NCBI RefSeq assembly: GCF_018350175.1
Contig: NC_058368.1
Coordinates: forward strand, 204,788,001-204,852,000
DNA length: 64,000 bases
DNA from: Felis catus
Lineage: Eukaryota
Direction of reading: 5' to 3'
Numbering within the stretch: position 1 is the first letter of the stretch; the number at the start of each line of letters is the position of its first letter. Below the pieces are notes generated by a model. The model saw only the letters and a list, made by a program, of their open reading frames with translations. It searched no databases and was not told the origin of the DNA. Below are positions 1 through 11,960 of this stretch, piece by piece. The translations under genes and the position numbers were made by a program.

Positions 1-1159
1 TATCTAGGTACATGTCTTGTGATTGTAGTTTAGGGATTATTTCCCAAGTATATGGGGTTTTGTTCTTTTTCTTTTTAGAATAGGTGTAGGCAAGGTTATG
101 AATAAATTTGGAAAGCTTTTAGGCCAATAAGCAAATGCATATGGTATAAATGATCCTCTCCTTGGTTCCGAGACATCTAAGAGCTGAGCCTAGGGCTCCT
201 AGAAATCAGTCAGCAACATTAAGGTAACTGAAGAGTCCTGGAAATGAAATTCTATTATTTTTGGTTATCATTTGGATTTCTTCTTATTTATGTGAACTTG
301 AATGACTATGTTACCTGCACTGCTTTCAGCCTCTAGGCTCCCGACTTGGGACGTTGTGCAGAGGTGACTGGGGAGAAAGTAGGCCATGTGGCATGGACAA
401 GGGCAGGGGTGGCTGGCCATATTCCAAATGTTCTCTGTAGGCTTGTGAATGGCAAGCCTTCAAGCTGTGGCTTTAAGAGAAAATAGCTAGAAAGTAGAAA
501 TGAGAAAAAGACTCCATTTTGAAAATTGCAACTAACTCGTTCTGTCTTCTTACTCTTTCTTTTTGATTTGTGACTTAATCAAAAGCCTGTTGGTTATCTT
601 TCCTATTTCTTGTTTTATGAGTGGTGAGAGGCTAACCCACGGGGGCAGAATGTAAATGCTCTGTGGCCGTATCATCCCAGAATCTCTACTTGGATACAGC
701 AGTGTTTACTATAATGTGACTTCAGCTCTAGGAAAATGTTTGCACCAGTGTCAGACCTAGAGCAGAGCTGGTGTGCAAGCAAATAACATCACACTAGGTA
801 ATAGCAGCAATGAAATCTTCCAAACTGGAGCTCAAATACGACTTAGAACCGCAGCCTTAAATTTTAGCCAAGTCGTTTATATTTTTCCTTGCCAACTGAA
901 ACCAAGGACGCCTTTCAACATCAACCCTCATGATTACACCGTGCAGCGTAACACATTAATGTCTAGTTAGCCAGAATGCAAACATTTTCTGTTTTTTTCT
1001 ACAGCAGTTCTCTAAACTGATGTGTTCTTATGAGGGTCTTTCCTACTTTTCAGAGAGATAACACTCTGGTCACTAGTAAGGCTAATTTCATGGGTCTCAC
1101 TGGGAATATGAATTGTCTTTACTAGGGGATGGGGGTTGAGATTGTTTATGAGGTATTAC

Positions 1160-2520
1160 TCTATTTTTATTATGAAAATACACACAAACAGATAAAAATA
1201 TGCAAATACACACAAAAATAGAGAGCCTGGCTTAGTGAACCATGTTAAATAATAATAAGAGTAACACTAGTAAAACCATGTATATTATTATCAATAATAA
1301 CAACAAAACATATATTCGTCACCCAGCTTGAAATATTATTAGCATTTTACCAGTCCTGTTTTGTGTTGTTTATCTATTTTTTGGTCATCTGCTTTTAGCC
1401 GTAACTACCTACATGGCTATCTCTAAAAGCTAATAAAGACACTCCTGTTAAAAAATTAATGGGGCGCCTGGGTGGCTCAGTCGGTTAAGTATCTGACTTT
1501 GGCTCAGGTCATGATCTCACAGTCCGTGAGTTCAAGCCCCGCATCGGGCTCTGTGCTGACAGCCTGGAGCCTGGAGCCTGCTTCTGATTCTGTGTCTCCC
1601 TCTCTCTGACCCTCCCCTGTTCATGCTCTGTCTCTCTCTGTCTCAAAAATAAATAAACATTAAAAAAATAGAAAATAAAAAATTAATACAAATATTATAC
1701 CTAACAAATTAATAATGATCCCTCAATACCACTAAATGCCCAGTCTGTGCTCAAATTTCTAAAAGATATCTTTAAAAATTCATTTGTTTGAATCAGGATT
1801 CATTGTTTGACAATTCATTTGTTTGAATCAGGATGCAAACTAGGCCCACACAATGTCTTGTCTGTTCAAATCCATGACATTTCTTCTCTCTTCTTTTTAT
1901 TCTGTGATTTTTTTTTTTTTTTTTTGGTTGAGGATATTTTCCTTCAGCTTCTTGCATCTTAGAGTCATTTACAATGTTCCTCTACGCCTCTTATTTCCTA
2001 TAAACAGGCAGTAAGACCTAGAGGCTTAATGTAATTCAGCTTAACACTCACGGAAAGAGTCTATCATGGGTGGTGTGGCAAACCCCTGTGTCAGGGACAT
2101 ATGATATCAGACGCTGGCAAGATTGATCTGGGTTCAAAGTGTTGTCAGCCTGAATCACCCAGAACAGAGTTCACCGAAGTATTTTATCATTCACTGACAA
2201 CCTTGCCCAAATCTATAACTTCATTAGGGGTTCTAAACTGGTGATTTCTAATCCTACCATTTCATCTATACATACATATTCATACACATATTCACATTTA
2301 TATACACATACACATGCTAGCTAATGTATATTAGCAAGAGAGAGACACAAGAAGAAAACATTTCTTCACCAACGATTCAGTTACCCTGAAATGCAATTCA
2401 TACAAAAAATTCAAAGAAATAGCGTATTTCCCTTGATGTATCAATTTTTAGAATAATGAGTACATACCCTTGTAACCTCCAAAGGTGACCATTTAAAACA
2501 ATATATTGCTATGAACTTAC
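1160..2520 (-). mobile_element. Old L1 3' region (L1MC/L1MD-like), interrupted by a Can-SINE
   Basis: Antisense L1M 3'-end-like segments (aaattaataatgatccctcaatacc; ttgtttgaatcaggat; tatttcctataaacaggcagtaagacctagaggc; ttagaataatgag). Subfamily and ends approximate. Confidence 0.6.
1461..1675 (+). mobile_element. Can-SINE (SINEC, feliform type)
   Basis: GGGGCGCCTGGGTGGCTCAG head, B-box-like GAGTTCAAGCC, (CT)n, AATAAA tail; 12-bp TSD taaaaaattaat (1449-1460/1676-1687). Confidence 0.97.
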
Positions 2521-3013
2521 TGATGAATCAAATTTTGATGCCATTGTTGAGAGACTGGAATTACAGGAATAAAAATGATGAAATCATTTCTCCTTTTTCG
2601 GCTATTCTGGGCATTTTGGAGAAAAAAAAAATGTTGGCTACCTTTCCTTTTCCATTCCCCCTTTCTCCACTCTATCATCACAATCCCTCCGAAAATAGCA
2701 GAAGGCAAGACCAGAGACTAGATGACATCTAAAAATCCACACACATACACAAACTTTCCAGACAACCCCGGTGGATATTTACTGAAGGATGCACTCATAC
2801 TCAGAGAGGGATCAGTACACCCTAAATGTCTGAACACTCACATGCTAGACCCGCAGCATGGGCAAATCACTGACCAGAGCTGTGAAAGTGCCAGTTACCT
2901 GCAGCCTGCGCTCCCCTGAGCACCGGTGGCCACTGAAGCAGTAATAGATAATCCCTCGAAAAGAAGTTCCCCAATCAACTATTTTCAGGAAGTGCTATTT
3001 TTTTTTTCTTTTT

Positions 3014-3240
3014 TTTTTTTTTTTTTTTAATTTTTTTTTTCAATGTTTATTTATTTTTTGGGACAGAGAGAGAGCATGAATGGGGGAGGGGCAGAGAGAG
3101 AGGGAGACACAGAATCGGAAAGAGGCTCCAGGCTCTGAGCCATCAGCCCAGAGCCCGACGCGGGGCTCGAACTCACGGACCGCGAGATCGTGACCTGGCT
3201 GAAGTCGGACGCTTAACCGACTGCGCCACCCAGGCGCCCC
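3014..3240 (-). mobile_element. Young felid SINE (SINEC_Fc-like)
   Basis: Near-consensus ...gaagtcggacgcttaaccgactgcgccacccaggcgcccc with CpGs intact, long T tail; TSD ttttttttcttttt (3000-3013/3241-3254). Confidence 0.97.
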
Positions 3241-3279
3241 TTTTTTTTCTTTTTCTGGGACAATCATAATGCACCCAAG

Positions 3280-3360
3280 CAGATTAGAGAATCTGAGTAG
3301 TTCTGCAGTAAAGAAGCCTGTTTAACTCTGCATGGCCTAGTATTTCCTAAGCACTGGGGA
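3280..3360. mobile_element. hAT-Charlie MITE fragment (MER103C-like)
   Basis: ctgcagtaaagaagcctgtttaact...atttcctaa resembles the recalled MER103C consensus. Confidence 0.45.
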
Positions 3361-3450
3361 AATGGTGGGCTAATACATGAAGGGCAGAGTTCTTTGCAGG
3401 AGTGTGCAGAGTATCATTTTTGGAGGGGATTTTTTTTTCATATATATATG

Positions 3451-3918
3451 TGTAGTGGGTTAAATTGTATCCTTCAAACATATACCCAAATCCTAATCCC
3501 TAGTACCTGTGAAATGTGATCTTTGTTTGAAAAAGGGTCTTTGCTGATATAATTAAGGTAAGGATCTCAGAAGGAGATTATCCTAGGTTAGAGCTCCAAA
3601 TTCAATGATGGGTATCCTTATAAGAGACAGAAAAGGAGAACAGACACAGAGACAGGGGAGAGGCCTGCGAAGATGGAGACAGAGAATGAAGTGATACATC
3701 TACAAACCAAGGACCATCAAGGATTGGCAGCAGTTTCCAGAACCGAGGAGAGAGAGGCATGGAACAGATTCTCCCTCAGGGCCTCCAGAGAGAATAAACA
3801 GTGATGACACCTTGATATTTGACTTGTTGCCTCCATAACTGTGAGAGAATAAATTTCTGTTATTTTAAGCCACCAGGGTTATGGTACTTTGTCACAGCAG
3901 TCTCAGGAAACTAATACA
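3451..3918 (+). mobile_element. Solo LTR, ERVL-MaLR (MLT1C-like)
   Basis: TG...CA termini, 468 bp, MLT1 hallmarks (ccttataagagacagaaaagg; gaataaatttctgttattttaagccacc; ggaaactaataca). Confidence 0.9.
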
Positions 3919-5692
3919 ATACCTGTGAGCTCCATCAATGCAGGTCTGAGGGAGACCTCTGGCATTTGTATTTATTGAAAATGTCCACAGGTGATTCTGA
4001 TGGAGACACTCACCAAGAACCAGCATTTCAGGATCTTGGGGGTTGAAGGGTTAGTCACCTGCTTATATTGACATCCTGTTAGGATTTTAGTCTGTGGCTG
4101 TGGCTCTGGATGCACCAACCAAGCCTCCAGCCCTTTATCTCCAGGTCTCTGTTTTTCTAAGAAAGTAGTCCAGAAAAAAATATTTATGGGCCATCCCTTA
4201 AGAGGTACGTTAGAACTGTTAGAGGTGGTGACAGTGGTCAAGGCTGTGTGAGTAGAGGAAAGGATTTACGGGCTCAAACAGGGGAGGGAGACCAGCTTTT
4301 GTCAGATGACTCATGTGATCTCACTTGAAGGGAATCCTCATTTTGCAGCCCAAATAAAGCTGAGCTTCCCTGTTTTTGGTAGTTGAGAAATCTTGGTCTC
4401 CTAAGACTTCTTCTAATCCTTCTGGACCCAGTTTGCTTCTTTCACTCAGCTGCCTGAAAAGGCTGCTTCTTTCATCCCAGACTCTGTCCATATGAAAATA
4501 TTTTATTTCTTTTCTTAGTTGTTCTCTTTCTTAGCAGCCTAGCTTCCCCAGGTATCTTTTTGATATACTTATCTCCCAGGCTTTGGGTATCTCCAAAAGG
4601 AGCTGGAGACTCCTCTCTTGTCCTGGCAATAATTGATGACTAATAACAAGGTACCTGCTTTTATAAAAACCTCAACAGGGGGAGGTATGCAGGGCAGGAA
4701 GGAGTTGGCATGTGTTATTCCAGTTTGAAAACTCACATCGAGGCTGACTATACCCGAAGAGATTATTCAGTCATGGTTTAGCCAAGATTGTTCAGTCACA
4801 AACTAAATTTGGGGGAAGGCACCAAAGAAAAATTTCATCTAATTCACAATTTTTGCCTTCATCCAAGAAAGGCAGGGTATTTAGAGTAGGGCATAGGGGT
4901 AGACAATGGGTAGGGATAGTGAGGAGTCATGAAGTAGGGTGGAAATTATCCCCCCTCTTTCTGTTCCATTGAGCTCCTGCTCCAATGTTCCGGCACAGCC
5001 ACAGTTCACCTGTAGCGCGAGTCAAATGGGCTGTCATAGGTGCTGGCCTGAGTATGTCACCACTAGTTAATGTATTATTTGTTGTGGCTGTGAAATTTGA
5101 TCCAGGAAGCCTCCTTAGAGCTGAACTCCTGAAGCAAAAACAAATTTTAAGCTAGTGATTCCATATAAGAGAATCCTAACAATAAAACAGCACACGATTA
5201 TTGTCAAATGAATCATCCAGATAGTAAATGTTCCTTGGGACTGAGTTTAGTCTAGTAGGGGGTAAAGATGCTTTTTGGAAAAGTAGACAGTTTGTTTCGA
5301 TGACACACACTTTAGTGATCTGTACAGCCTCATCTCTTGTCTATGCCTAAGGACAGTCTTTCAGGGAAAAGAGGAAGGAAAGGCAATAACATTTCACTAG
5401 GTGTCAAACATTTTACCTAATCCTGCCTGCGAAGCAAGTAGGCTGGGCTTCAGGCTGCCCTTTTGCTCTCTTCCCCAGCACCCTCTTCCTTAGGAAGAGG
5501 CTCTTGCCCGGAGCCCACGTCTTGTCCTCTGGTGTCTAGAGTGTGGCAAACCCCTCAGGCTTCCCTTCCAATGCCCCCTGCTTCCCTGGCTTAAACAGGC
5601 AATCCAGATGGCGGTGCTCATGGCAGGACCCAAAAGCAGGGCTTCTGGGACGAGGGCCTCTCAGGCCATGAAATTAAGTTTTGCACTTTTTT

Positions 5693-5910
5693 TTTTTTAA
5701 TTTTTTTTTTCAACGTTTTATTTTTGGGACAGAGAGAGACAGAGCATGAACGGGGGAGGGGCAGAGAGAGAAGGAGACACAGAATCGGAAACAGGCTCCA
5801 GGCTCCGAGCCATCAGCCCAGAGCTTGACGCGGGGCTCGAACTCCCGGACCACGAGATTGTGACCTGGCTGAAGTCGGACGCTTAACCGACTGCGCCACC
5901 CAGGCGCCCC
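5693..5910 (-). mobile_element. Young felid SINE (SINEC_Fc-like)
   Basis: Near-consensus body; 17-bp TSD aagttttgcactttttt (5676-5692/5911-5927). Confidence 0.97.
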
Positions 5911-6027
5911 AAGTTTTGCACTTTTTTAAGAGATTAAAGCAGAATGAAAAAGACATGTCCATAACATTAAAATTTATTTGTTAAATCAATTTTTCTCAAA
6001 CTGGACGATACAAACATTCCCCTTATA

Positions 6028-6067
6028 CTTATATAGTATATCTCAGGTGTGAGATATACTATATAAG
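6028..6067. repeat. Perfect inverted repeat, 18-bp arms with 4-nt spacer
   Basis: cttatatagtatatctca-ggtg-tgagatatactatataag; the arms are exact reverse complements. Confidence 0.95.
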
Positions 6068-6620
6068 ATCAAGCCTGTTTCCTACTACCCCCCCACCCCC
6101 AGTAGAAATGAACTTAAATTGGAGATAAGCTTTGGTGAGTGGGGTCAGGAGGGGGGGAGGGTACTTCCGGGGGCCCAGGCCACTACCGCTCTTTCTACCA
6201 CTCTGCAGTGACAGCAGTAGTAAAGATCATAAAATAGCTAACAAGTATTCCATACCTATTTTGTGCCAGGAATTTTTCTATGTACCTATTTGCTCCTCAC
6301 AATGACCCTTAAAGACAGCTGTTGACATCTTCGTTTATAGCTGGATAAGTTGGAGCTCGTGGCATATTGGCAGGATGCTGGGGGCATACACAGAAGGCAA
6401 CCTGTGGTCTCCACTCCCAAACCCTAAAGTCCTCATCAGATAGCCTATGACATCAACTGGAACTAATAAAAGTTTGCCAAAACCAATACTGTCTGATAAG
6501 AGCAAATATTTCCAAGGCTTCCGTAGGACCTTCTTCTCTTCCCCATGAGAAAGAAAAATGGCAGAAGAGGAAAATGTATCTATTGCTCTCAAGTTTGAGG
6601 AAACAGTTATGTTACTCATC

Positions 6621-6628
6621 TGCGTGTG

Positions 6629-6667
<39 letters not shown>
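6621..6667. repeat. (TG)n microsatellite with two CG interruptions
   Basis: Read directly. Confidence 0.97.
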
Positions 6668-6669
<2 letters not shown>

Positions 6670-6789
6670 GGGGAATTGGCATGCCAAACTCAAATATCAT
6701 GATAATCTTCGCTAACACCTCTCCCTCCACTTCCCTTCTAGAAGCAGTTGCTCTCAGGTAATTCCTGGAACTCCACGTGATATCAGTTT

Positions 6790-6915
6790 GACAAATACTA
6801 AGCTCCCATTTTGTGCAAGGCCCTGTTTAAGTTGTGAAGGAAAGGACAGAGCATATAAAGATGAGGAAGACTATGTCCTTGCTCTCAAAATAACTCACAG
6901 TCTAGAAGGGAAGAC
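6790..6915 (-). mobile_element. L2 3' fragment
   Basis: Antisense L2-tail pattern (tgtgcaaggccctg...gtccttgctctcaaaataactcacagtctag). Confidence 0.6.
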
Positions 6916-7661
6916 ACCAGGTGTACACAAGCCACTTGAGTTTAATGCAAAAGATGGGCAACTTCAAATGCTTTTGGAATTCAGAAACAGAAAAGCTTCA
7001 CTAGCGGAAAGGAAGCTATCCAGGTGCTTCTCCCTTTTTTTGGGGTTTGCCTGGCAGGAGCTTCACAGCGACAGGTGCACATAGCCACGTGTGCCGACAG
7101 CACAGACCACAGATGGGCTCGCCTGCAAATATTTGCTTTCCCATTAATTCAAATTTGGAGTTTGAAAATTCTTATTTATTAAAGAATTTTAAGAGAGAAT
7201 AAAGAAGTGTTCAAGGCTGCTTTTCCATAAAACATGAAAAATCAGAAGTTAGCCTGTAGGAGTAAACACACGATTGCTACTTGAGAATACCTCGAGGACT
7301 CATGAAGGCTATTCATCCGAATCCTAACATCGATGGTGATGCTGTGAGGTTTCAGGTTTAGGAGTCTCTTCCATTACACGATTTCCTAACAAGAGAGTCT
7401 TCTGTCTTTATTCTTTGGCTGGAATTCAGTGGCAGCAGTCAGTTTATAAAAGATTTACAGACCTGCAAAGTCAGGTTTGCCCTCACACTAGAGCCATGTG
7501 ATATGCTGACTATAATTCTTCAGAAGATACGTATTATGTGAAAATGATGATGTATGCAGACAGTTGAGTTGCAAATTATTGCCTGTTTCATCCATCACCG
7601 AGCATTTACAGATGCTTTCATCTGACAGAGTACCAATAACAATGCCACCACTGCCACCACC

Positions 7662-7697
<36 letters not shown>
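7662..7697. repeat. (AAT)12 microsatellite
   Basis: Read directly. Confidence 0.97.
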
Positions 7698-7701
<4 letters not shown>

Positions 7702-8075
7702 CCACATGTCCACATTGATTAGAAGATACTTTTAATCTACTTTACAATATAGTGTATTTCAGAAGAATTGACTGTGAAGTAAATTCATATAGTGAATCTA
7801 GTATCCTCATTAATGTCAGTTATCAAATTGAAAATAATTTTCTATAGGAGACTAAGAGACAACAACCGATACAAACATGATGACTAGTCTATCCTCAGAG
7901 CAGCCATAGACAATCTGAAGCAAATAGGCATGTTTATTTACAAAAGCAAGCATCTAGTCTGGGGACTATAGTTTGCCAGCCTGTAGTTTAAATAATTGTT
8001 GACCTTAAAAGAAAATAGCTTATTTTGTATCACAGGTTGCAAATTACATGCAAATCAATTTCTTATAAATCATAC

Positions 8076-8280
8076 TTTTTTTGAGAGAGAGAGAGAGAGA
8101 GACAGAGAGAGAGACAGAATGCAAGCTGGGAGAGGGACAGAAGGGGTGAGAGAGAATCTTAAGCAGGCTCCACACTCAATGCACAGCCCAAAGCAGGGCT
8201 TGATTCCATGACCCTCAGATCATGACCTCAACTGAAATCAAGAGTCAGATACTCAACTGACTGAGCCACCCAGGTCCCCC
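8076..8280 (-). mobile_element. Older Can-SINE
   Basis: ctgagccacccaggtcccc end, (GA)n; TSD taaatcatac (8066-8075/8281-8290). Confidence 0.93.
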
Positions 8281-8290
8281 TAAATCATAC

Positions 8291-8515
8291 CTTTTTTTTT
8301 TTTTTGGAGTATTGGCATTTTCTTTTTTAAAACTTTTTTTTATTTCAGAGGGGTGGGTCAAGGAGGGACAGAGGGAGAGAGAGAGAAAGAATCTTAAGCA
8401 GGGTCCAGGTTTAGCACAGAGCCTGATGTGGGGCTCGATCCCATGACCCTGGGATCATGACATGAGCCAAAATTAAGAGTCAGACACTCAACTGACTGAG
8501 CCACTCAGGTGCCCG
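8291..8515 (-). mobile_element. Older Can-SINE, tandem with the previous copy
   Basis: ctgagccactcaggtgccc end; flanked by aaatcata at 8282 and 8516. Confidence 0.93.
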
Positions 8516-10714
8516 AAATCATATATTTTAAGAAGCCCTTTGAAAGTTGTGTAACTTCTTTTCTAAGTGATACATTTTTCATTTAGTAATTAATCACCTG
8601 AGTTATTTCTTACTTAAATATGTTATTTCATATTGCATATATTTGCCATGAAGCATACTCTTATTTGAACTACTATTTAATGGCACATGTGTTTGAGTTC
8701 CATGAATCTTTATAAATGTGATGTAGTATCGTCTTTCTAAGTGTGTAGATTAATTTGTATTAAAAACAGTGCACACCTATGTAAAAAAATTCAAAATTTC
8801 CCCCCAATGTACACGTGTATATTATCTGAAGAAACTGTTCATCACAAGTAGAAGCTGGTGTGGTCAAAGGCTCTTCTGGAATGACAGATTCAGGGGTTCT
8901 TTCCCTAGAGAGGCTCCTGTGTGCAGAAGCCAGAGCTCTCTTGAGAGCAGTAATTACAGAGTTGGTTTTGAAGAACTCAGCAGTGAATCAGAAGGCTGCA
9001 GGCTAGAAGAACTCCAAGGTCACAACCAACACTGGGAGGCTTTAGCTTTCTAGAGTCTAAAAAGTGTTCACCACCCACTGAGGTCACCCAGGGTGAAAGA
9101 ACGTTTATCTTGGATTTCATCCTTGAAAAATGTGTGTTATGCTTTGGAAGAGAAACCAAACTAGAAATTGGTGTATAGAGCACACAAAGGGCCCCCTGGG
9201 ATTTTTAGGGAGTTGCTTAGTCATCCTTTACAGACTTAAAAAAAAATCAGTCACTTCTAAGATTCAAGGCTTTTAGAGGCCTATGTCCACAGATTTCTAA
9301 ATACTTTCTTATTGTTTGGGTTCCAGAAGAAAGAAAAGACCTTGATAAATGTTTATAACCGGTAAGGAGCTGTGAGTACTTGAGGAGGCTGGCCTTGAGC
9401 TGCAGGCTTACTTCCCACTCCCACAGTGCCGCTAACACTGGCTGATGCATCTGCACAGAGAACAGCTCTCTTGTAGATTAAGTAGGAAATGTCTACCTAC
9501 CCCAGATTGTGGCTCAGCAAATTGCTAGGAATTGAGGAAGGATAAAAAAGTTAAGACCTAGTATTTATCTTACAAAGAATCTTTATCTCCCAACAATTAC
9601 ATGTGAAAACAGGACGGTGTATGATAAAACACGAACAGCTGGGGAGTAATGGCAGGCATTGTCTGGGTGTTTGGGGCTGGAAAAAAGTCACTGCCAAGGC
9701 CATATTTTGCCTTGTAATTGAACACTGTTATTTGAATTATCAATAATATGCATTGTCTACACTTTATTTTGCGTATCCTGGGAGAGATACAAAGTACTTT
9801 CACTGACGGTATCTTCTTTACTCTCTTGTTGGTCTTGTTGGTCTAGGAACGTCTTTTCTCTGCACCTCCATTTCTTCTTGTGTAAAGTACATAATTCTGT
9901 CTGTCTTCCTCGTACTTCAGAGAAGCAAGGAAGGGGGGGTGGGTAAATAGTACCTGTAGGATGCTTGGCGTTACCTGGAGATTAGTGCTATGAGTCAGGA
10001 AGGGCTACCACTAGTCTGGGTGCAAGAGAGAGCCAACATAAACACTGTTTCCTTAAAAGGGATCATAATAATCTGTGTTTACTTACTGAATCATTTACTG
10101 ACTTATTTATAAACAGTAGCCTGTCAAGAATTCAATGTCAGCTTTAATTTCAGAACCCATTGTCAGAACTGCTCTCTAAAGCATGTCTGAAGCTCAAGTT
10201 CTTTGTTAGAAGTAAATCCTGCAGATTCTAAGATACCATCCCTGCTCTGATACACTCCCTTGTGTTGTGCTTATTTTAGCTGTATTGTCAGCTAGTAAGC
10301 CCATAAAGTTGAAAATATCTGATGAAAAAGAATGCTCAAAGCTGAGAGGGTCATTCAGCTTGGATGGGGGCAATGATGGGTCGCAGGCAGGAGTGGGGCT
10401 ATGCTTCCCTCAGCAGCTGAAGTGCCAACAGAATACCACAGTGATGACATAGAGGTCCTGTGACATACCCTAAGACTAGACCATGACACCAGTCCCATGA
10501 CCTGAAGTTAAGGTTCTGTGGAAGGCTTTTGGGAAAGACTATACGTGTTTATAGCAATGGACAAGAGAAATTTTTCTTCCTGTATATATTTGTCCCTCTC
10601 CTTTCATAAATGCCTGCTGGAGGGCATAGAGGTGCTCTGTGCTAGCCAAAGAGTAATTATGCTATCAGGGAAAACCTGGATTTTTTTTACATGTGTGCGT
10701 GTGCGTGTGTTCAA

Positions 10715-10835
10715 AATCCAGAAACTACTCATTAAGCACTTGGCATGTGTCAGGCACTGTGGGAGACAAGGACGTATACAAGAGACAATAGAGCCTCTAC
10801 CCTTGAGGATAGTATAGTCTATTACAAGGGAATAG
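10715..10835 (-). mobile_element. L2 3' fragment
   Basis: cattaagcacttggcatgtgtcaggcactgtg...ccttgaggatagtatagtcta. Confidence 0.55.
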
Positions 10836-11007
10836 AAAGCATACACAAGACTCCATTAGGTTGAAACAAATGACATGATATTAAGGTCCAAAATAAAGCT
10901 GAGTATGGGACATTTCATCCAGTTCAATCCTAATACCTGTTGGAATAAAATAAGGGCCATGAGAGAACACAATAAACACCATGGGGCCAGATACTATTCT
11001 AACTCTT

Positions 11008-11225
11008 AAAAATTTTTTTTTTCAACGTTTATTTATTTTTGGGACAGAGAGAGACAGAGCATGAACGGGGGAGGGGCAGAGAGAGAGGGAGACACAGAAT
11101 CGGAAACAGGCTCCAGGCTCTGAGCCATCAGCCCAGAGCCTGACGCGGGGCTCGAACTCACGGACCGCGAGATCGTGACCTGGCTGAAGTCGGCCGCTTA
11201 ACCGACTGCGCCACCCAGGCGCCCC
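11008..11225 (-). mobile_element. Young felid SINE (SINEC_Fc-like)
   Basis: Near-consensus body; TSD tctaactctt (10998-11007/11227-11236). Confidence 0.97.
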
Positions 11226-11254
11226 ATCTAACTCTTTTAAATATATCAACACTT

Positions 11255-11410
11255 ATAATTCTCACAACAGCTATGAGGTAGGTACTGTTAGCACCCCTAT
11301 TTTAGAGACAAACAAACAAACACAAAACAAACAGCCAAGGTATAGAGAGCTTATGAAACTTAGGAAAGATCACTCAGGAAGTACGTGGTAGATCTGGGAC
11401 GTAAACAGTC
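11255..11410 (-). mobile_element. MIR
   Basis: ctcacaacagctatgaggtaggtactgttagcacccctattttagaga is the antisense MIR core. Confidence 0.65.
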
Positions 11411-11469
11411 TGTCTTGCTATCTTGCTCTACAGGCTGAGTTTTGAAAAGTACTGTGTTATATACTCTTT

Positions 11470-11960
11470 CCTTAAGAGAAAGCAAGGAAGGCCTACACAG
11501 ATTCCAAGATGGAAGTACTCATCCTCTTGGGGGATAAAGTGATATTTGAAATATGCCTGAAAGAGAACAGTCCATGAAAGATGTTCCTGACTCAGAGGAA
11601 AGAAGAGGGAAGTTCTGGTGAAGGGGTTATTAGGAATAGATACAATGAAGCAGGTAAAGCAGAGACACGAACGTGGGTATCCATAGCATACAAGGGCGAT
11701 AAGGCTAGAAAAGCACTTAGGATCCACATGATGGACCTTCTTGAATGCCAAGGAGATGAGCTTCTTCATAAGGTAGAAAATAGTGGGGGGCTACTGAAGG
11801 TGTTCAGGCATAAGAATCACTGCATGAGACGTAGGCAGGAAGAATGAACACGGGAGCAGAGAGCAGGATGGTTTGGAATAGGGAAAAGCAGGAGGTAACA
11901 GAGAGAAATTAGCAGACGAGGACAGGAGTCTGGCTAAGACCGTAAGATAAGGACATGTAA
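11470..11960 (-). mobile_element. L2 fragment
   Basis: Purine-rich antisense L2 pattern (ccttcttgaatgccaaggag; gctactgaaggtgttcaggca). Confidence 0.5.

Noticed and set aside
1461..1545. tRNA-like A/B boxes in SINE heads
   Set aside because: Can-SINEs are tRNA-derived; these are not tRNA genes.
2073..5555. Identical 15-mer gtgtggcaaacccct at 2073 and 5541
   Set aside because: About two such 15-mer matches are expected by chance in 64 kb.
6335..6761. ORFs with THTHTH/CVCVCV runs, and similar ones at 7488, 54671-54932, 55524-55811 and 55950-56169
   Set aside because: Microsatellites lack stop codons, so these are low-complexity artefacts.
8881..9006. Helical-looking peptide MTDSGVLSLERLLCAEARALLRAVITELVLKNSAVNQKAAG
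   Set aside because: About 41 aa, no homology that I recognise and no supporting exon signals.
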